A DNA stretch of 64,000 nucleotides from Elsinoe ampelina (GCA_010093995.1 ML992506.1:492832-556831); one strand, 5' to 3'. Counted from the first letter of the stretch, positions 25,109-39,125 are shown. Translations and numbers: made by a program. Notes: a model not told the origin generated them from the letters alone.

Positions 25109-25696
25109 ATGACCACCCACCTCCGCCGCACCTTCCACTACCCCTCCGACACCGACCCCGACCCCACCACCCGCCACCCGGACGACGAGCTCGACAACGA
25201 CCAACAAGAAGCCATCATCACCTCCCTCCGCACCCAAAACGAAAACTCCATCAGACTCTACCGCACAATCTTCGCTGCCCTGCCGACAATCATCGCGCTT
25301 TCCTACCTGCCCTCCCTCGTCGTGCCGGCGAAACGACGCGATGCTCTCACGGCTCTACTCGCCATCTCGAATCTGCTTTGCTCCGCGTACACGATTTACT
25401 TCCTCCCTGTGCACAAGGGGGAGGCGCCGACGGGTGTAGGCGGACGGAGGCAGAGGGCGTTGTTGGCGGAGATGGAGACGCCTGTGGCGCTGTATCTGCC
25501 TGTCTTGAACGCGGGGCTGGCAGGGGCGTTGGCGCTGTTTGGGACGGTGTTGTGGAGAAAGGGAGATGTGGTGGGGGGTCTGTGGGGGGTGGTGCCTGCC
25601 GCCGTGTACGCGGTGGTGATGGTGGCGAGGAGGGAACTGGTTCCTCTTGATATTGAAGGGTTGGAGAAGATGAGGTATGAGTACAAGGGTGCATGA
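25109..25696 (+). CDS. Hypothetical membrane protein (about 4 TM segments)
   Basis: 195-aa ORF with hydrophobic helices and a C-terminal LEKMRYEYKGA motif; strong codon periodicity. Confidence 0.75.
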   Translation: MTTHLRRTFHYPSDTDPDPTTRHPDDELDNDQQEAIITSLRTQNENSIRLYRTIFAALPTIIALSYLPSLVVPAKRRDALTALLAISNLLCSAYTIYFLPVHKGEAPTGVGGRRQRALLAEMETPVALYLPVLNAGLAGALALFGTVLWRKGDVVGGLWGVVPAAVYAVVMVARRELVPLDIEGLEKMRYEYKGA

Positions 25697-25774
25697 GGGG
25701 TAGGCTATGGGCTAGCTAGTCTATTCTGAACGAACGCCTGTGAGGTCCCAATGGGGTATCGAATGAAGCGTAGT

Positions 25775-27234
25775 CTATTGCTTTCCGGATATCATGTCTT
25801 TCAGGACGGCGATTTGCTCGAGCACGGAGCTCTTGCTTGTACCGCCGCTTGCGCTGCGCATCTCTACGCTGCGTTGGTAGTCGAACATCTGCACGACGTC
25901 TTTCTCGAAGCGGTTGTCGACTTCGTAGAGTTGTTCGTATGTAAGCTTGTCCATGGGTACTTTTTCATTCTCGGCGAGGGCGACGACACGGCCAGAGATG
26001 TGGTGGGTTTCCCGGAATGGCACCCCCTTTCGTACTAGGTAGTCTGCAAGATCCGTGGCCAGCATGTCAGGTGTGAGGGATTTGAGCATGCTTTCCGGCT
26101 TGATAGCCAATGTTGATAAGACACCTGTGGCAATTTGGATGCTGTCTCCCACCGTCTTGACGTGATCGAGCATTGGTTCAATGCTTTCTTGCAAGTCCTT
26201 GTTGTATGTGCTGGGCATGCCCTTGATCGTCATCATCAATCCTGCCATCTGGCCAAAAGCCCTGCCACACTTGCCTCTAAGCAGTTCCATCGAGTCTGGG
26301 TTCTTCTTCTGCGGCATGAGTGAGCTGCCCGTGCTGTAGGCATCTGCTAGGCGGACGAAGTCAAACTCCCCTGAGCTGTAGATGATGAGGTCTTCAGCAA
26401 AGCGGCTCATGTGCATCATGAGAAAGCTTCCCCATTGCATCGTCTCTGCGACGAAGTCACGATCTGCCACCCCGGCCATCGAGTTATAGATGAGCGTGTC
26501 AAATCCGAGCTCTTTGGCCATAGCTTGTCTGTCAATACCGAAAGGGTTGCCGGCCAATGCGCCGCATCCAAGGGGGCTTCTGTTCACCCTAACGATCGTT
26601 TCTCGCAGTCTCTGAAGATCAGTGGCAAAGTTGAGTCCATACGACAGTAGCCAGTGGCTCCATCGAATCGGTTGAGCTCGCTGGAGATGTGTGTAACCAG
26701 GCATGACATGCTCAATGTCGACCTCTGCCCTGCTCGCAATGACTTTGAGAAAGTCAATAAGATATCCCTCAATCGTCCTCAGTTGCTCCCTCAGCCACAT
26801 TCGCATATCTGTTGCGACCTGCTCGTTCCTGCTCCTTCCTGTGTGCAGCTTTCCAGCAATGTCCTTGCCTATGATCTCGCCGAGTCGTCTCTCATTCGCG
26901 GTGTGAATATCCTCATCTATGCCTGACTTGATGTCGAACTTGTTGTCTCGCCATTCTGCTTCAACCTCTTTCAAGCCCCTTTCGATCTCGGAGAACTCCT
27001 GCTCCGTGAGAATGCCTTTGTTCTTGTTCGCTCGTGCCCATGCAATCGATCCAGCGATGTCCTCGGCGTACATGATACGATCGTAGTAGATTGACTCATT
27101 GTAAGCCACCATGAGGGGATCCAGCCCGCCTGCGTACGTCAATTTTTGATTCAAAGGATCCAGGGATCATGAAAGATAGTACCTGTGAAGCGACCGCCCC
27201 AAAGCATGTTCTTCCCCGGTGCAGATTGTGCCAT
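25775..27234 (-). CDS. ARG4: Argininosuccinate lyase (2 exons)
   Basis: [33 protein letters not shown], signature [12 protein letters not shown]. Confidence 0.97.
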
Positions 27235-27530
27235 TGTCACGGTAGCTTGCGTATATGGCTAGTAGGCTTTCCGAAGGCTTTCAGGAGCTTCAATGAATTG
27301 TTACAGGCACAATGGCAATGGAGAATCAAGCTGCGTGCACTCTTTGATTGTGTATGAAAGTCAGTCATACCCCAGGAACTTTTTTGCGATGTCGGCGCCG
27401 ACATCGCCGATTAGCCGACATCATGAGAGCCCCGCAATCAAACAGTAGCTCCTCCGCAGACACCAGGTTGACAAGACCTGGGTAAACGATTTCTGGGAAG
27501 GGCAACCCAGGCCGCTCGGGTCACGGAGAT

Positions 27531-28177
27531 ATGGAGAACCTGTGGTACCACAGGAAAGTGGCTGACACGTCTGCAAAGGCGTGCACGATATGCTTCAAAT
27601 CTAGCACCTCAGTCTTGATTACACCCGATAGTAAGGACTTCTTTTACATATGTCCCGGCCACTTGAAGGATCGAAACTTCGCACTTCCTACAGAGGAGGA
27701 AGCAAAGGCCATGGAAGAGCGGAAGAAGAAAGAGGAAATGGACAAGGAAATTGAGAAGATCAAGGCGGAATACGAAGAGAAATTGAAGAAGAAGCAGGAC
27801 AAGAAGAAGGGCAAGGACGATAAGAAGGGGGAGAAGAAGGACGAAGACAAGACAGAAGAACAGCTAGAAAAAGAGAAGCAGGACAAGGTAGATCAGAGCA
27901 TCATTGAAGCAGTGCCGTCAACTGATCATGGTAGATCAACGCTGTCGGAAAGCAAGAGGCCAAGGTAGAAGATGGCCCCAGAATATTTCGGTTGCAGAAG
28001 TATGCCATACCATCTGGGCTTGGTGTTCGGGTCTTGACGTTTCACAGACATTTCTACAACATGCGCCTGGAGAAGAAACGAACAGCTGAGATGGCAAAGA
28101 GGAACCAAGAACGCTTACGCAACCCTTCGACATTCCCTTCAGTACCGACTGGTACACTGGGAGGTAATGAGCCGTGA
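27531..28177 (+). CDS. VFA1: Vps4-associated protein Vfa1-like (DUF1742), 3 exons
   Basis: NLWYHRKVA...KACTICFK...DFFYICPGHLKD; K/E coiled coil; C-terminal FPSVP. Confidence 0.8.
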
Positions 28178-29000
28178 AGAGCCTATCGAATGCTCGACAG
28201 AAAGTCGTCTATTACAGCATCACCGCGACATGCCGCCTAGCTGCCTTGAGGACGCTGCAGCTCCTGAGCTACAGAATCGGTATTGGGCACGTCGTTCGCG
28301 AGCCATACCCAACGAAGCACCAAGACCTATCGGCAGTGGTAGACTCATCTGGGAAATTCTCCTGTCGGTCCGGAGGGTGCAATATGACAAGCAGGGCCGC
28401 GAAGCAGCGCCAGTGGTTCAGTGGCCACATGACGCTCCGCATAGCAAGAAGACATGCCCAATTGGATGGTCAGGATCTCAAAAAGGGCATCAACAGGTCC
28501 TGTATGCCATGTTTCGAACAGCGAAATGTAAATAATCATGATCATGTATAGAATTGTAACCGCCACTGATTCCCAACTTTCCTAAAAGATCGGAACGATC
28601 CAATCCAGGTGGGCGCCCAGCAATGGGTATCATTCATCTACGCCAGCGCGAAAACAAGTTCACAATCGAAAATGAGAGACTGTCGATAGTAATGTGATTA
28701 TTTCGCTGGCGGGGACTGTGAAGAAGGAAGCAAGGATTTGGCCGCACATGTCGAATAAAATACAGCCTGCTCCCGATGTGGCCTGTGCTCAAGATTGCTC
28801 GAAGCTCACAGTTGCGACGTCGCCCTTGTCAGAAAGTCACAGGCAGACAACCACATCGCTCGTCACTTTGATATTTGCTCCCGCATCTGTAGCAGCTTCG
28901 TCCATCAGCCTGGACTATGTACTGAGCTCGAAACCTCAATTGGCTCTGTTCTCTTCACATCAAGCGCTATCGAAAGGGGTAGCTGGTCAGCCGCTACAAT

Positions 29001-31560
29001 ATGGCTGCTTTTCCAGGCCAGCAGGCCCCTGTGGTGGACTACGAAGTCCTGAAGGAGCAGTGGTCGGATATAGAAGAGAGAGATGGCGTGCGACTCAGTT
29101 GGAACACGTTCCCATCATCACGGATGGTGAGGCATTCGCGACCGCTATTTCATTCATCTTGCTAATCAGCCGCAGGAAGCATCAAGACTTGTTGGTATGC
29201 AGTATGGAACAATCGTGCGATTTAGCCCTGACTTGTCACAGTACCTATTGGAGCTCTCTATACCCCTCTGAAGATCAACAGCAATCCCCTCCTCCAATAC
29301 GAACCGGTGACCTGCAAAGCGCCATGTCGAGCAGTCCTGAACAGATTCTGGTAAGCCCTGAGCAGAAGTAGCCATGACAGATTGCTGACAGTCTATCAGC
29401 CAGGTCGACAAGCGAGCCCGGATATGGATCTGTCCCTTCTGCTTACAGAGAAACAACCTGCCTCCACATTACCGGGACATCTCAGAACATCAACTTCCTC
29501 CTGAGCTTCACGAGAACAGCACCACTGTCGAGTACAGACTCGCACGCCCAGCCCCTGTCCCGCCTATATTCGTCTTTGTAGTCGACACATGCCAGGAGGA
29601 GGACAGTCTCAAAACGTTGAAGGACTCTATCATCATGTCTCTGCAGCTTCTCCCACCTCACGCATTGGTTGGTCTCATCACATACGGTACAATGGCACAG
29701 GTCCATGAGCTGGGTTACACGGAGTGCGCAAAGTCATATGTCTTTCGTGGGAGCAAGGACTACACCGGCAAGCAAGTACAGGAAATGCTAGGACTTGCAA
29801 TTGCGCCAGGAGCACGGCCTGGTGCGCAGGCTGCGCCTCAACCCGGTCGACCAGCTCCTGCGCAGCCTATGGGAGCTGCACAGAGGTTCTTGCTCCCTCT
29901 CCAACAATGCGAGTTCCAGCTCACGAACGCGCTTGAGCAGCTTCAGAAGGATCCTTGGCCGGTCGCCAACGACAAGCGTGCCCTGCGATGCACAGGTGTT
30001 GCTCTGTCAGTTGCCGCAGGTCTCATGGAGACTTCTTTCCAGAACGCAGGAGGACGTATCATGCTTTTCACCGGCGGCCCGGCAACAGAAGGTCCGGGTA
30101 TGGTAGTCGGTCCCGAGCTGAAGGAGCCGATCCGTTCACATCACGACATTGATCGCGACAATATCAAGTACTACAAGAAGGCGCTCAAATTTTACGAGAC
30201 ACTTGCGAAACGCACAGCGCAGAACGGCCACATTATAGACATTTTCGCTGGGTGTCTTGATCAAGTCGGTCTGCTGGAGATGAGAGGTTTGGCAAACTCG
30301 ACTGGCGGCCACATGATTTTGACAGACAGCTTCACCTCGTCCATGTTCAAGCAGTCCTTCGTCCGTATCTTCGACAAGGATGACAATGACAATCTCTTGA
30401 TGGGTTTCAATGCATCTCTGGAGGTTCTCACCACAAAAGAGCTGAAGGTGACTGGTCTTATCGGTCACGCCATTTCGATGAACAAGAAGTCGGCAAACGT
30501 GGGCGAGACCGAATGTGGTATTGGCAACACTTGCTCTTGGAAGATGTGTGGTATTGATCCCGCTGCCAGCTACGGCATTTACTTTGAAGTCGCCGGCCAG
30601 GGAGGTCCAACACAGATGCAGCAAGGTCCACAAATGGGCCTGATCCAGTTCCTCACCTACTATCAGCATTCTTCGGGTCAATATCACCTCCGTGTTACCA
30701 CAGTCGCCCGCAACATGAGTGGACCTTCTGGCGATCCAGCTCTTGCACAGTCATTCGACCAAGAAGCTGCGGCAGTACTGATGTCTCGCATTGCAGTCTT
30801 CAAGGCAGAAGTCGACGATGGCCCTGACGTCCTTCGCTGGGTCGATAGGATGCTTATCAGGCTCTGCTCGCGATTTGCGGAGTACAGGAAGGACGATCCA
30901 AGCTCGTTCAGATTGGAGAGAAACTTCACGCTATACCCACAGTTCATGTTCCACCTTCGCCGATCGCAGTTCTTGCAGGTCTTCAACAACTCACCGGATG
31001 AGACAGCCTTTTACCGTCATGTCTTGAATCACGAGGATGTGTCCAACAGTCTTGTCATGATCCAGCCCACACTCGACAGCTACACTTTCGACCAAGAAGG
31101 AAGCGTACCCGTCTTGCTAGACTCCACCAGCATTCAACCACAGCATATCCTACTGCTCGACACATTCTTCCACATCCTCATCTTCCACGGCGAGACGGTT
31201 GCGGAATGGCGCAAAGCTGGCTATCAGGAGATGGAAGGCTACGAGAACTTCAAAGAGCTGCTCGAGTCACCCAAAGAAGACGCAAAGGTACATCACTACT
31301 TGTCTGAACATCTGAACACCGTGCTAACGTGCTCGCAGGAACTCATCCAAGATCGCTTCCCTCTGCCACGATTCATCGTTTGCGATGCTGGAGGTTCACA
31401 GGCTCGTTTCCTTCTCTCCAAACTCAACCCTTCGACGACTCACACGACTGGCGCATATGGTGGAGTTGCCCAAACGGCGCAAACGATCTTCACGGACGAT
31501 GTCAGTCTGCAGACATTCATGGACCACTTGATGAAGCTTGCTGTTAGCGGAAGCACCTAG
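29001..31560 (+). CDS. SEC23: COPII coat subunit Sec23 (5 exons)
   Basis: Exon 1 ...[18 protein letters not shown]; zinc finger C..C...[40 protein letters not shown]. Confidence 0.97.
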
Positions 31561-31846
31561 ATTATGTAGCGTTTGAGCAATCACAAAAGATTTACAAATC
31601 GTACCGACTGCGTTCAGCACCTCTTCTGCCCTCCTAATGCGTCGTGTTAAGGCCTACTGCGTGCCGTGCGAGACAGTAAGCACATTAGTAAGCCGTATAG
31701 TGTTGTGGCGTTGATTGTTTAGCGGTTGGGAGGCAACCATTTTATTCGCTTCACTGCTGACAGCGACCGCGAAAACCCTCGAGGTCTACAAATCGTACTG
31801 AGAAGCGTGTATTTCATAACTGATTCGTCCGCACAGCAGACACAGC

Positions 31847-34374
31847 ATGCCAGAGTCCGAGAGTCCCGATCAAAGTCATGCAGGCAATTTCCAGGTCAAG
31901 CAGAAACGCGCCCGCAGCCAACTGAGCTGCAAGCCATGTCGAACTGGTAAATTGAAGTGCGACCGACTGAGCCCGTGCAATCAGTGTCAGAAAAGATCGA
32001 GAGAATCGTCATGCGTTTATTTACCACCCGCTCAGAAGGGCAGAACTGGTCAGAATGTGCGAAATCGTATTCAACACCTCGAACAACTGGTAGTTGACCT
32101 GATGAACTCGAATCAAAGCTCGAATGGACAGTCCACGAAGGGAAGCAGTGGCACAGATTCACAAGGTCGTAGCCCAATTCAGGACTTCAATACTCTTCCG
32201 GCGTCCGGGCTTACGCCACCTTACGACAAGGACGGGTATGCATACTCAGGCTCTTTTGTTGACGAGACACAGAGGGCGAACGAGGGCGCCTTCGGCCGTA
32301 TGCAGATCAGCAAGAAGGAGATGAAGTACGTTGGCGAGTCGCACTGGAGCGCCGTCCTGACCAGCATATCCGACCTCAAAAGGGATCTGTCAGACGACGA
32401 TGCGAGCCAAGAGGACGAAGATGAGAACCAAGAACTCGAGGACGTGTACAACAACTCACCTACCGGGATTGAAAATCTTCTGAGATCACCAAAACGCAAG
32501 TCGAAAGTCGAATTGATCAATGCTCTCCCTCTTCGAAGCGAGGTTGATCGGCTTGTGTATCAGTGGTTCAATGCTGCAGACGCTTTCAAGCCTGTCCTGC
32601 ATCCTCCCACTTTTCAAGAGGAATACACAAGGTTCTGGAAAGATTCCCTGAAGACACCGACCATGTGGATCGCCCTTCTCTACGCAATACTAAGTCTGTC
32701 AGCTGGAAGTCAATTCCATTTCCACCCCAATCCTGCATCTTCGGAAGCGGGAGTGCTACTGGCCATGTCCATCGAATACCACGAGCTGGCAGCTTCAGCT
32801 GCCGTTCTTGCGGACTACACAACAATGAAGGCATATACGATTGAGTTTCTGTCGTTGTACATTGGAGGTTTGCGCAGTCAAACTGCTTTCATCGACATGT
32901 GGCAGCTGATAGGTCTGATGATTCGTCTCGCGTTACGCGCAGGGTACCACAAAGATGGATCACATTTTCCAAGCTTGTCCATCTTTGAGCAAGAAATGAG
33001 GCGACGACACTGGCATCAGATGTTCATGGTTGATCTCCTAGTATCTTTCCAATTAGGTCTCCCCAGCTTGATGCGGGCTATCACCAGCGACACCAAACCA
33101 CCAAGCAATCTTCACGACAGCGATATGTCAGCCAGGATGACGGTACTACCACCGAGCAGGCCGCCCAATGAGCTTACATCAGTCTCATACATTATCGCAA
33201 AGGTGGACTTGTGTCGTGTCTTTTCACAGGTATACGACATGACCCAATCCCCGACTCTACCGTCACATGACCAGGTTATACGGCTTGACAACGAGCTCGA
33301 AGCCGCCAAAGAGGAACTCCCAATTCAGGTACAAATCCGTCCTCTGCATCAATTTGTAGCAGATAAGCCGGAAACCATCATGTGGGCATTCAATCTTCGC
33401 CTGCTGTATCTCAAGGTCAAAATCGTGTTGCATCGACCTTTCATGGCTTCCAGGCGTAACGATTCATTCTCACTGGCATCCCGACAATCTTGCGTTGATG
33501 CAGCCATGTGTACTCTTACTCATCATCACGAAGTGTACCTTGCCAGTCAGACCGGAGATGGCATCTTCGCTCGCTGCTACATGGTCAGTCTATAACTTTA
33601 GTTTGGCACGAAGCACCGCTGATTCAATATTTAGGCTTCAATATCTACTCATGACTACCTCCTGGCGGCCATGATACTGTGTCTCGAGCTTTCGCATCAA
33701 TGCGATGACGCTAGCCGATCTCTCTCAAACGCATCGCAGCAGCCCGAAGAGAAACGTCAAGAAATGGTCAACCTACTCAAGACGACCCGAGACATCTGGA
33801 CAAGAGAGCCAGAGGCCGCAAAAACGACGTCTGCGCAAGCGACATGGCAACAGCAAAGCGTTGTCAACGAGACGAAGAAGGCTTCCCGAGCACTGGACGC
33901 CATGGTCGCTCGCGTGGAAGCTATGGGATCGCCATCTGCCAGCAACACAACGAGTACGAACACAATATCCAGTACGCCATCCGCCTTTGAACGTAAGTGA
34001 TATCCTGTATGCATCAAGGACAGTGACTGACCTTCCAGCCGCGCCCACCATCCAATCTCCACCTGACCTCGCATTCATGGGACCTTCCTGGGGTGCAACC
34101 TCATGGTCTCCTCCTAACACGGCCGCCAACGGCGACGTAGCTTTGAACGTCGTCGATTCGATGATGAACATACCAGAAGATCAATTCGATTGGGTACGTA
34201 CAACCGAGTATCGGGTTTAGCATGTTCCTGACGGATGAGTAGACGACATTCGACACTGCATTCACTAGTGCGCCCAACTTCGCGGACGAGGCAGGCTGGG
34301 ATTTCGATGCGGAGATGATGCCTGATATGACGGGGTACAATTTTGCTGGAAAGGATGGTACGCCATTATTCTAG
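31847..34374 (+). CDS. Zn(II)2Cys6 transcription factor with fungal-specific TF domain
   Basis: CKPCRTGKLKCDRLSPCNQCQKRSRESSC; ALRAGYHKDG...EQEMRRRHW...PPSNLHD. 3' exon boundaries approximate. Confidence 0.9.
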
Positions 34375-34699
34375 ACTGGTCGCAAGAGGAGAGTGTGTAT
34401 AGCGAGGATGAGAAACCGGAGCATGATTCACGATAGATACCCTTGGCGCGATGATTGTTAAGACATGCTGCAAGGGGAGCACATCACAGGAACGACAAGG
34501 GTGAGTATCAGTATCACTCGTTGGTAGAAGTCAGGTGTTTTGGCATCTCCAATCATGTACAATTCGTCCTTACGGCAACTGTATCTGCTCCACACGCACC
34601 CACAAGCGGCTGGTCGCTCTCGAACACGCCCCGCCACCGCGCATATCCACATAATTCCCGCCCTTGACCTTCGCCAACTCCACCATCCCATCCGCCCCC

Positions 34700-35982
34700 T
34701 CACTCCCCTCCATCCTCCTCAACCTCCCCCCCTCCCCCACCCCACCACATCTCAATCCGCTCCACCCCATCCCTCTCCCTCCCACACACCCCCACCAACT
34801 CCCTATGCAACCCCTCCGCCCTCGCGGCAGTCACCTTCATCGCATCCCCCGCCGCCCTCAACGCCCCCTTCAACCACCCCGCCCTCGGATCCCCTGTGCC
34901 CTCCAAGCGCTTCAACCACGCCCAAATCGACGGATCGAGCGTGTTCACGTCACTCCCTTGTCCTGGTCCCAGTTCCCTTCTACTCCGCGCTTTGGCTCGC
35001 ACGGCCGCGCTGAGGAGGTGGAAGACGATAGTGGGGTCGCAGCCGTGCTGGAGGATGGAGCTACGCAGGTGGGCTTGTGTCGGGCGGAGACAGAGGTGTT
35101 CGGTGAGTAAGGAGGCGACGGCGAGGCGGGACTTGGATTCTATGGCTTCTGCGAGGCCTGCGGTGGCGGTTTCCCCGAGGGTGGTGGTGGACCAGTCGAT
35201 GGTGAGGTTGAGGAAGGTGAGGTAGTGGAGGAAGGAGGACTTGGTGGGGGTCCAGGGCCCGTGGAGGAGGCGGGAGGGGATGGAGATGGTGGAGGAGAGG
35301 GTGGTGAAGGAGAGAGGGGGTTGGAGGTGGGGTTCGTCGAAGAGGAGGGCGGGGATGAGGCTGGTGGTGGAGGGGTGGTGGGAGAGGAAAGTGGTGAGGA
35401 CGGCGCGGAGGATGGTTTGGAAGCGGGGCCAGCTGAGCCAGCGACAGCGGAGGAGAGCTTCGATTTCGGCGCGTGTGTGGGGTGGTGGTGCTGGGTCTTC
35501 GGTGGGTTGATCGTCATCGGTCGCGACTGGAATGTCCTTCGACAGTAGTGAGACGCCGCAGCGCGTGAACATTCTTTCTGTCGATAGCTTCGCAGCAATG
35601 GCGAGGGAGGCGAGGGGGAGGTGCGGGTTTGGACAGTAGGAGAAGATCGACTGTATAATTTCTGGCGGCATTTGCTCGAGGGAAGTCACTGATGACCTTC
35701 GTGCAAGACTAACCAGCGTCAACAAGCAGCTCATAAGCAGGTTCGATGACAAGCCCCACGTGTAGTGACTCCATATTTCGAAAGTCAATTGCAACAGAAA
35801 GAGGTCATAGGAAATGCTTGACTTGGCCCGATGTTGGATACTTACGGTGATGTCCATGGCTTGCTGGTTGCAGAAGCTGGATCATGCTCACTACCAGTAA
35901 GCCTTGCAGACCGTTTCATGGTAGGATGCTTGTTGCCGTTTCGGCGCCGAGCACCACGAATCCGAATTGGAGTCAGATCCAT
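34700..35982 (-). CDS. Fungal hypothetical protein with an F-box-like motif (2 exons)
   Basis: Exon 1 MDLTPIRIRG...PWTS joins in frame across intron 35845-35709 to LARRSSVTSLEQMPPEIIQSIFSY. Confidence 0.7.
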
Positions 35983-36902
35983 GCTGCACCTGAAGACCTT
36001 TTGGAACACTTTGGACCGGGTGTATGATGTCGTGAAAGGGCGATCTATTACAGAAGTCAGCAAGTATTCAAGAGCTTGTTTGAGCATGCTGAAGCGTTTG
36101 GTCTTCCTCAGTGATCTTGGTGTAAAAAACGATCACGCCCCGAGGGGTCAATTACTATCTAGTGCGTAGTGGTTTTAATCATTGGAGAAGGGGAGCGCAT
36201 GTCGCAACGTACCAGTATCACATTGCAAGGCAAGTTGTCGGAAAGATTGTCCTTCGATACTATCTGCAAGCTGTCAGCAGTCACTCCATAAGTTGATGAG
36301 GCGAATGATGTGGTTGCTAGGTGTCTCAGAATATGTAAGAAAGAACGATCAATTCACCCAAGCCGTTGAGAAAACCCGGCGAGGTCTTCCGGTCATGGGT
36401 ATCACACGCAAATTATGGCATCTTGGAATGTCATCGATGGTGAGGTTGACTTACAACAAGGTCAAGTCCAGTGGACCCAAGTACCCAATCTGCTGTCAAG
36501 ATCGGTGTCTCATGATCATGCCAAACAATTGACAAGACTTTTTCAGGCTATTTCGTAACGGTCGCATGTATATGGAGTGTTATTAAATGAGCATGTGAAG
36601 GACTGGAAGTTTGCAGATGGATGTGAGGTCTTGAAGATGCAAAGCTGCAGAGATCGTCGGCCAATCACGACACATCGGCGAAACCTTTTTTCCGCGATTG
36701 CAGCTTGGCAGTGCGGACAAATCTTGAAGCACACCTCAACGCCAATGACATTGATCAGCCATCCAAACGACAACTCTTCTGCACAGGTCAGCTCCTTCTT
36801 CCATACTGCTACGACATTTTCGACAGTCAAAGCAGCGATTCCTTACCGACGCAGAGCTGACATCCGGCTTCCAGTAATATACTCCTGCAGCAGAACTTCA
36901 CA

Positions 36903-37466
36903 ATGGGCGACGCGGATGTCACAGCAAGCCAGTGGAGACTCGTAGAAGTCGGCCGCGTGGTTCTTTTCACGAGAGGCACCTATGCCGGCAAGCTTGCTGC
37001 CATTGTCGAAATCATCGACCACAAGAGGGTATGCGCGGCCACCGCGAGCGCGCTTTCAGCCGATACTGACAACGTCTGAAGGTTCTTGTGGACGGCCCCG
37101 CCAACAAGGAAGACTCCATCGTCCCCCGTCACGCCATCGCTCTCTCCGAACTCTCCCTCACCCCGATCGTGATACCGAAGCTTCCTCGCGCAGCAGGCCA
37201 CGGACCCCTCAAGGCTGCTTGGCAAAAGGCAAAGGTTGATGAGAGCTGGGACAACAGCACGTGGGCGAAAACCAGGGCACAGCAGGTTAGGAGGCGACAG
37301 TTGACTGATTTTGAGCGTTTCAAGGTGATGAGGTTGAGGAAGCAGGTCAGTAACGAGTCCGAGCATCACCCGATGCGGAAGCGACTGTAGGAACATCTCA
37401 ACTTACACTTCACAGGCGCGCTTCGAGGTCCGCAAGACACTGGCGGCTGCAAAGGCCAAGGCATAG
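36903..37466 (+). CDS. RPL14: 60S ribosomal protein eL14 (3 exons)
   Basis: [10 protein letters not shown]...[14 protein letters not shown] / VLVDGP...[15 protein letters not shown] / ARFEVRK. Confidence 0.96.
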
Positions 37467-38027
37467 ACGGCGACGTAAATGGTACGGTCGGTGTTGCATG
37501 GGTTCATGGTGTTTTCCTGTCCCAACTTTTCTACAATCAACATCAAGGAAGCGATCTGCGCGGAGGCCAGGAGGGCCTTTCATGTCCGACACATGGACGA
37601 TAAGGGCACGTATGGATCCAATCGAGTTCATGCGAAGCACAATCAGTCAAGGGCTGGCTGGGTGGTGATCCGGGCTCTATTGTCAGATACGCACAGAAAA
37701 TGACATGAGAAGAATCCACCAAGTGTTCGAGTGCTTTGTGAACGTGCCAATAATTGCACTCCCGATTATTCATGCCTTCACTGGTCACCCTAAGGCAAAG
37801 CCAGTTGCCTTTGATGTTCAGTAGTGATATGCTACCTCTGACGCACTGCGGGATTAGCCGAGAATTTCTACGATGTGGGCAAGAGCTCGGAGCACCTGCT
37901 TCTGAAATTGACCTCACCACGACATCTCCTTCCATCCCGACTCCCAACGCCGATACTGTATGTACAATTGCGCAATCGCATAATTCAATTGCTGAGAGAC
38001 ATCAATAGTTCCTCATCAGTATCAATC

Positions 38028-38748
38028 ATGGCCAACCCACGAGTAGAAGAGCTCCCCGATGAGCCTGAGAAGAAGATCACAGAGGTTGAGGACGCCGAGG
38101 ACAGCTCCGACTCTGACGGTGATGCTGAGGGTGATGCCAACATCCCTGCTGGCTCCAGTGTCACTGTGCACAGCCGCAACGAGAAGAAGGCACGAAAGGC
38201 GATCGCAAAGCTCGGTTTGAAGCACATCGAGGGTATTACTCGTGTCACACTGAGGAGGCCGAAGAATGTAGGTGATAGCAGGATCAAAAGCAAAGGACCG
38301 GATATCTGACATTTGCAAGATCCTCTTCGTCATCAGCAACCCAGATGTCTACAAGTCGCCAAACAGCAACACCTACATGTAAGGATCTTTCAAGGCTATG
38401 AAATCGCGAACGTGGTATCTGACAAAGGCCAGCATCTTCGGTGAGGCAAAGATTGAGGACTTGAACTCCCAGGCCCAAGCTGCCGCCGCTCAGCAGCTCG
38501 GCAACGACCACGCCGGACACGACCACGCTGGCCACGACCATGGCGACAAGGGCAAGGCTATCGAGACCGGTGATGCCAAGAAGGACGAGGATGAGGACGA
38601 CGGCGAGGAGGTTGACGAGACCGGTCTTGAGAGCAAGGATATTGAGCTTGTCATGACCCAAGCCAGTGTGAGCAGGAAGAAGGCCGTCAAGGCGCTGAAG
38701 GAGAATGACAACGACATTGTCAACTCCATTATGTCTCTGAGCACGTAA
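38028..38748 (+). CDS. EGD2: Nascent polypeptide-associated complex alpha subunit (3 exons)
   Basis: [17 protein letters not shown]...RVTLRRPKN / [14 protein letters not shown] / [10 protein letters not shown]-terminal [26 protein letters not shown]. Confidence 0.96.
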
Positions 38749-39125
38749 TAGGAGTAGACGGTTGTACGCATAGTCAAAGACGAAGGTCGGTCGGGGTCGA
38801 CTTGGCTAATCAATGATGGGCAATGAGGGGCAAAAGTTATATGCATCTTCAATGCCAAACATCAGATTGACTTTTGAGCCGGATCTGCCTTGGAAACATC
38901 TCCTACAAGTCCTTGGTTGTGATTCCGCCGTGTATCCATGATCAATGACTGAAACCATCCTTTTCGATTCCTGCGAGTTGATGTGTTGATCTCAAGCAAT
39001 CACAAAGTGAAGCCGAAAAACTCCGCGCCAAGCCCAGCTTTCCGTCAACCTCATCGCTCAAACAACCTCTGACCACAGCTCGCTCTCCACTCCACAAACC
39101 ACCACACAACCCTCCATCGAATACC

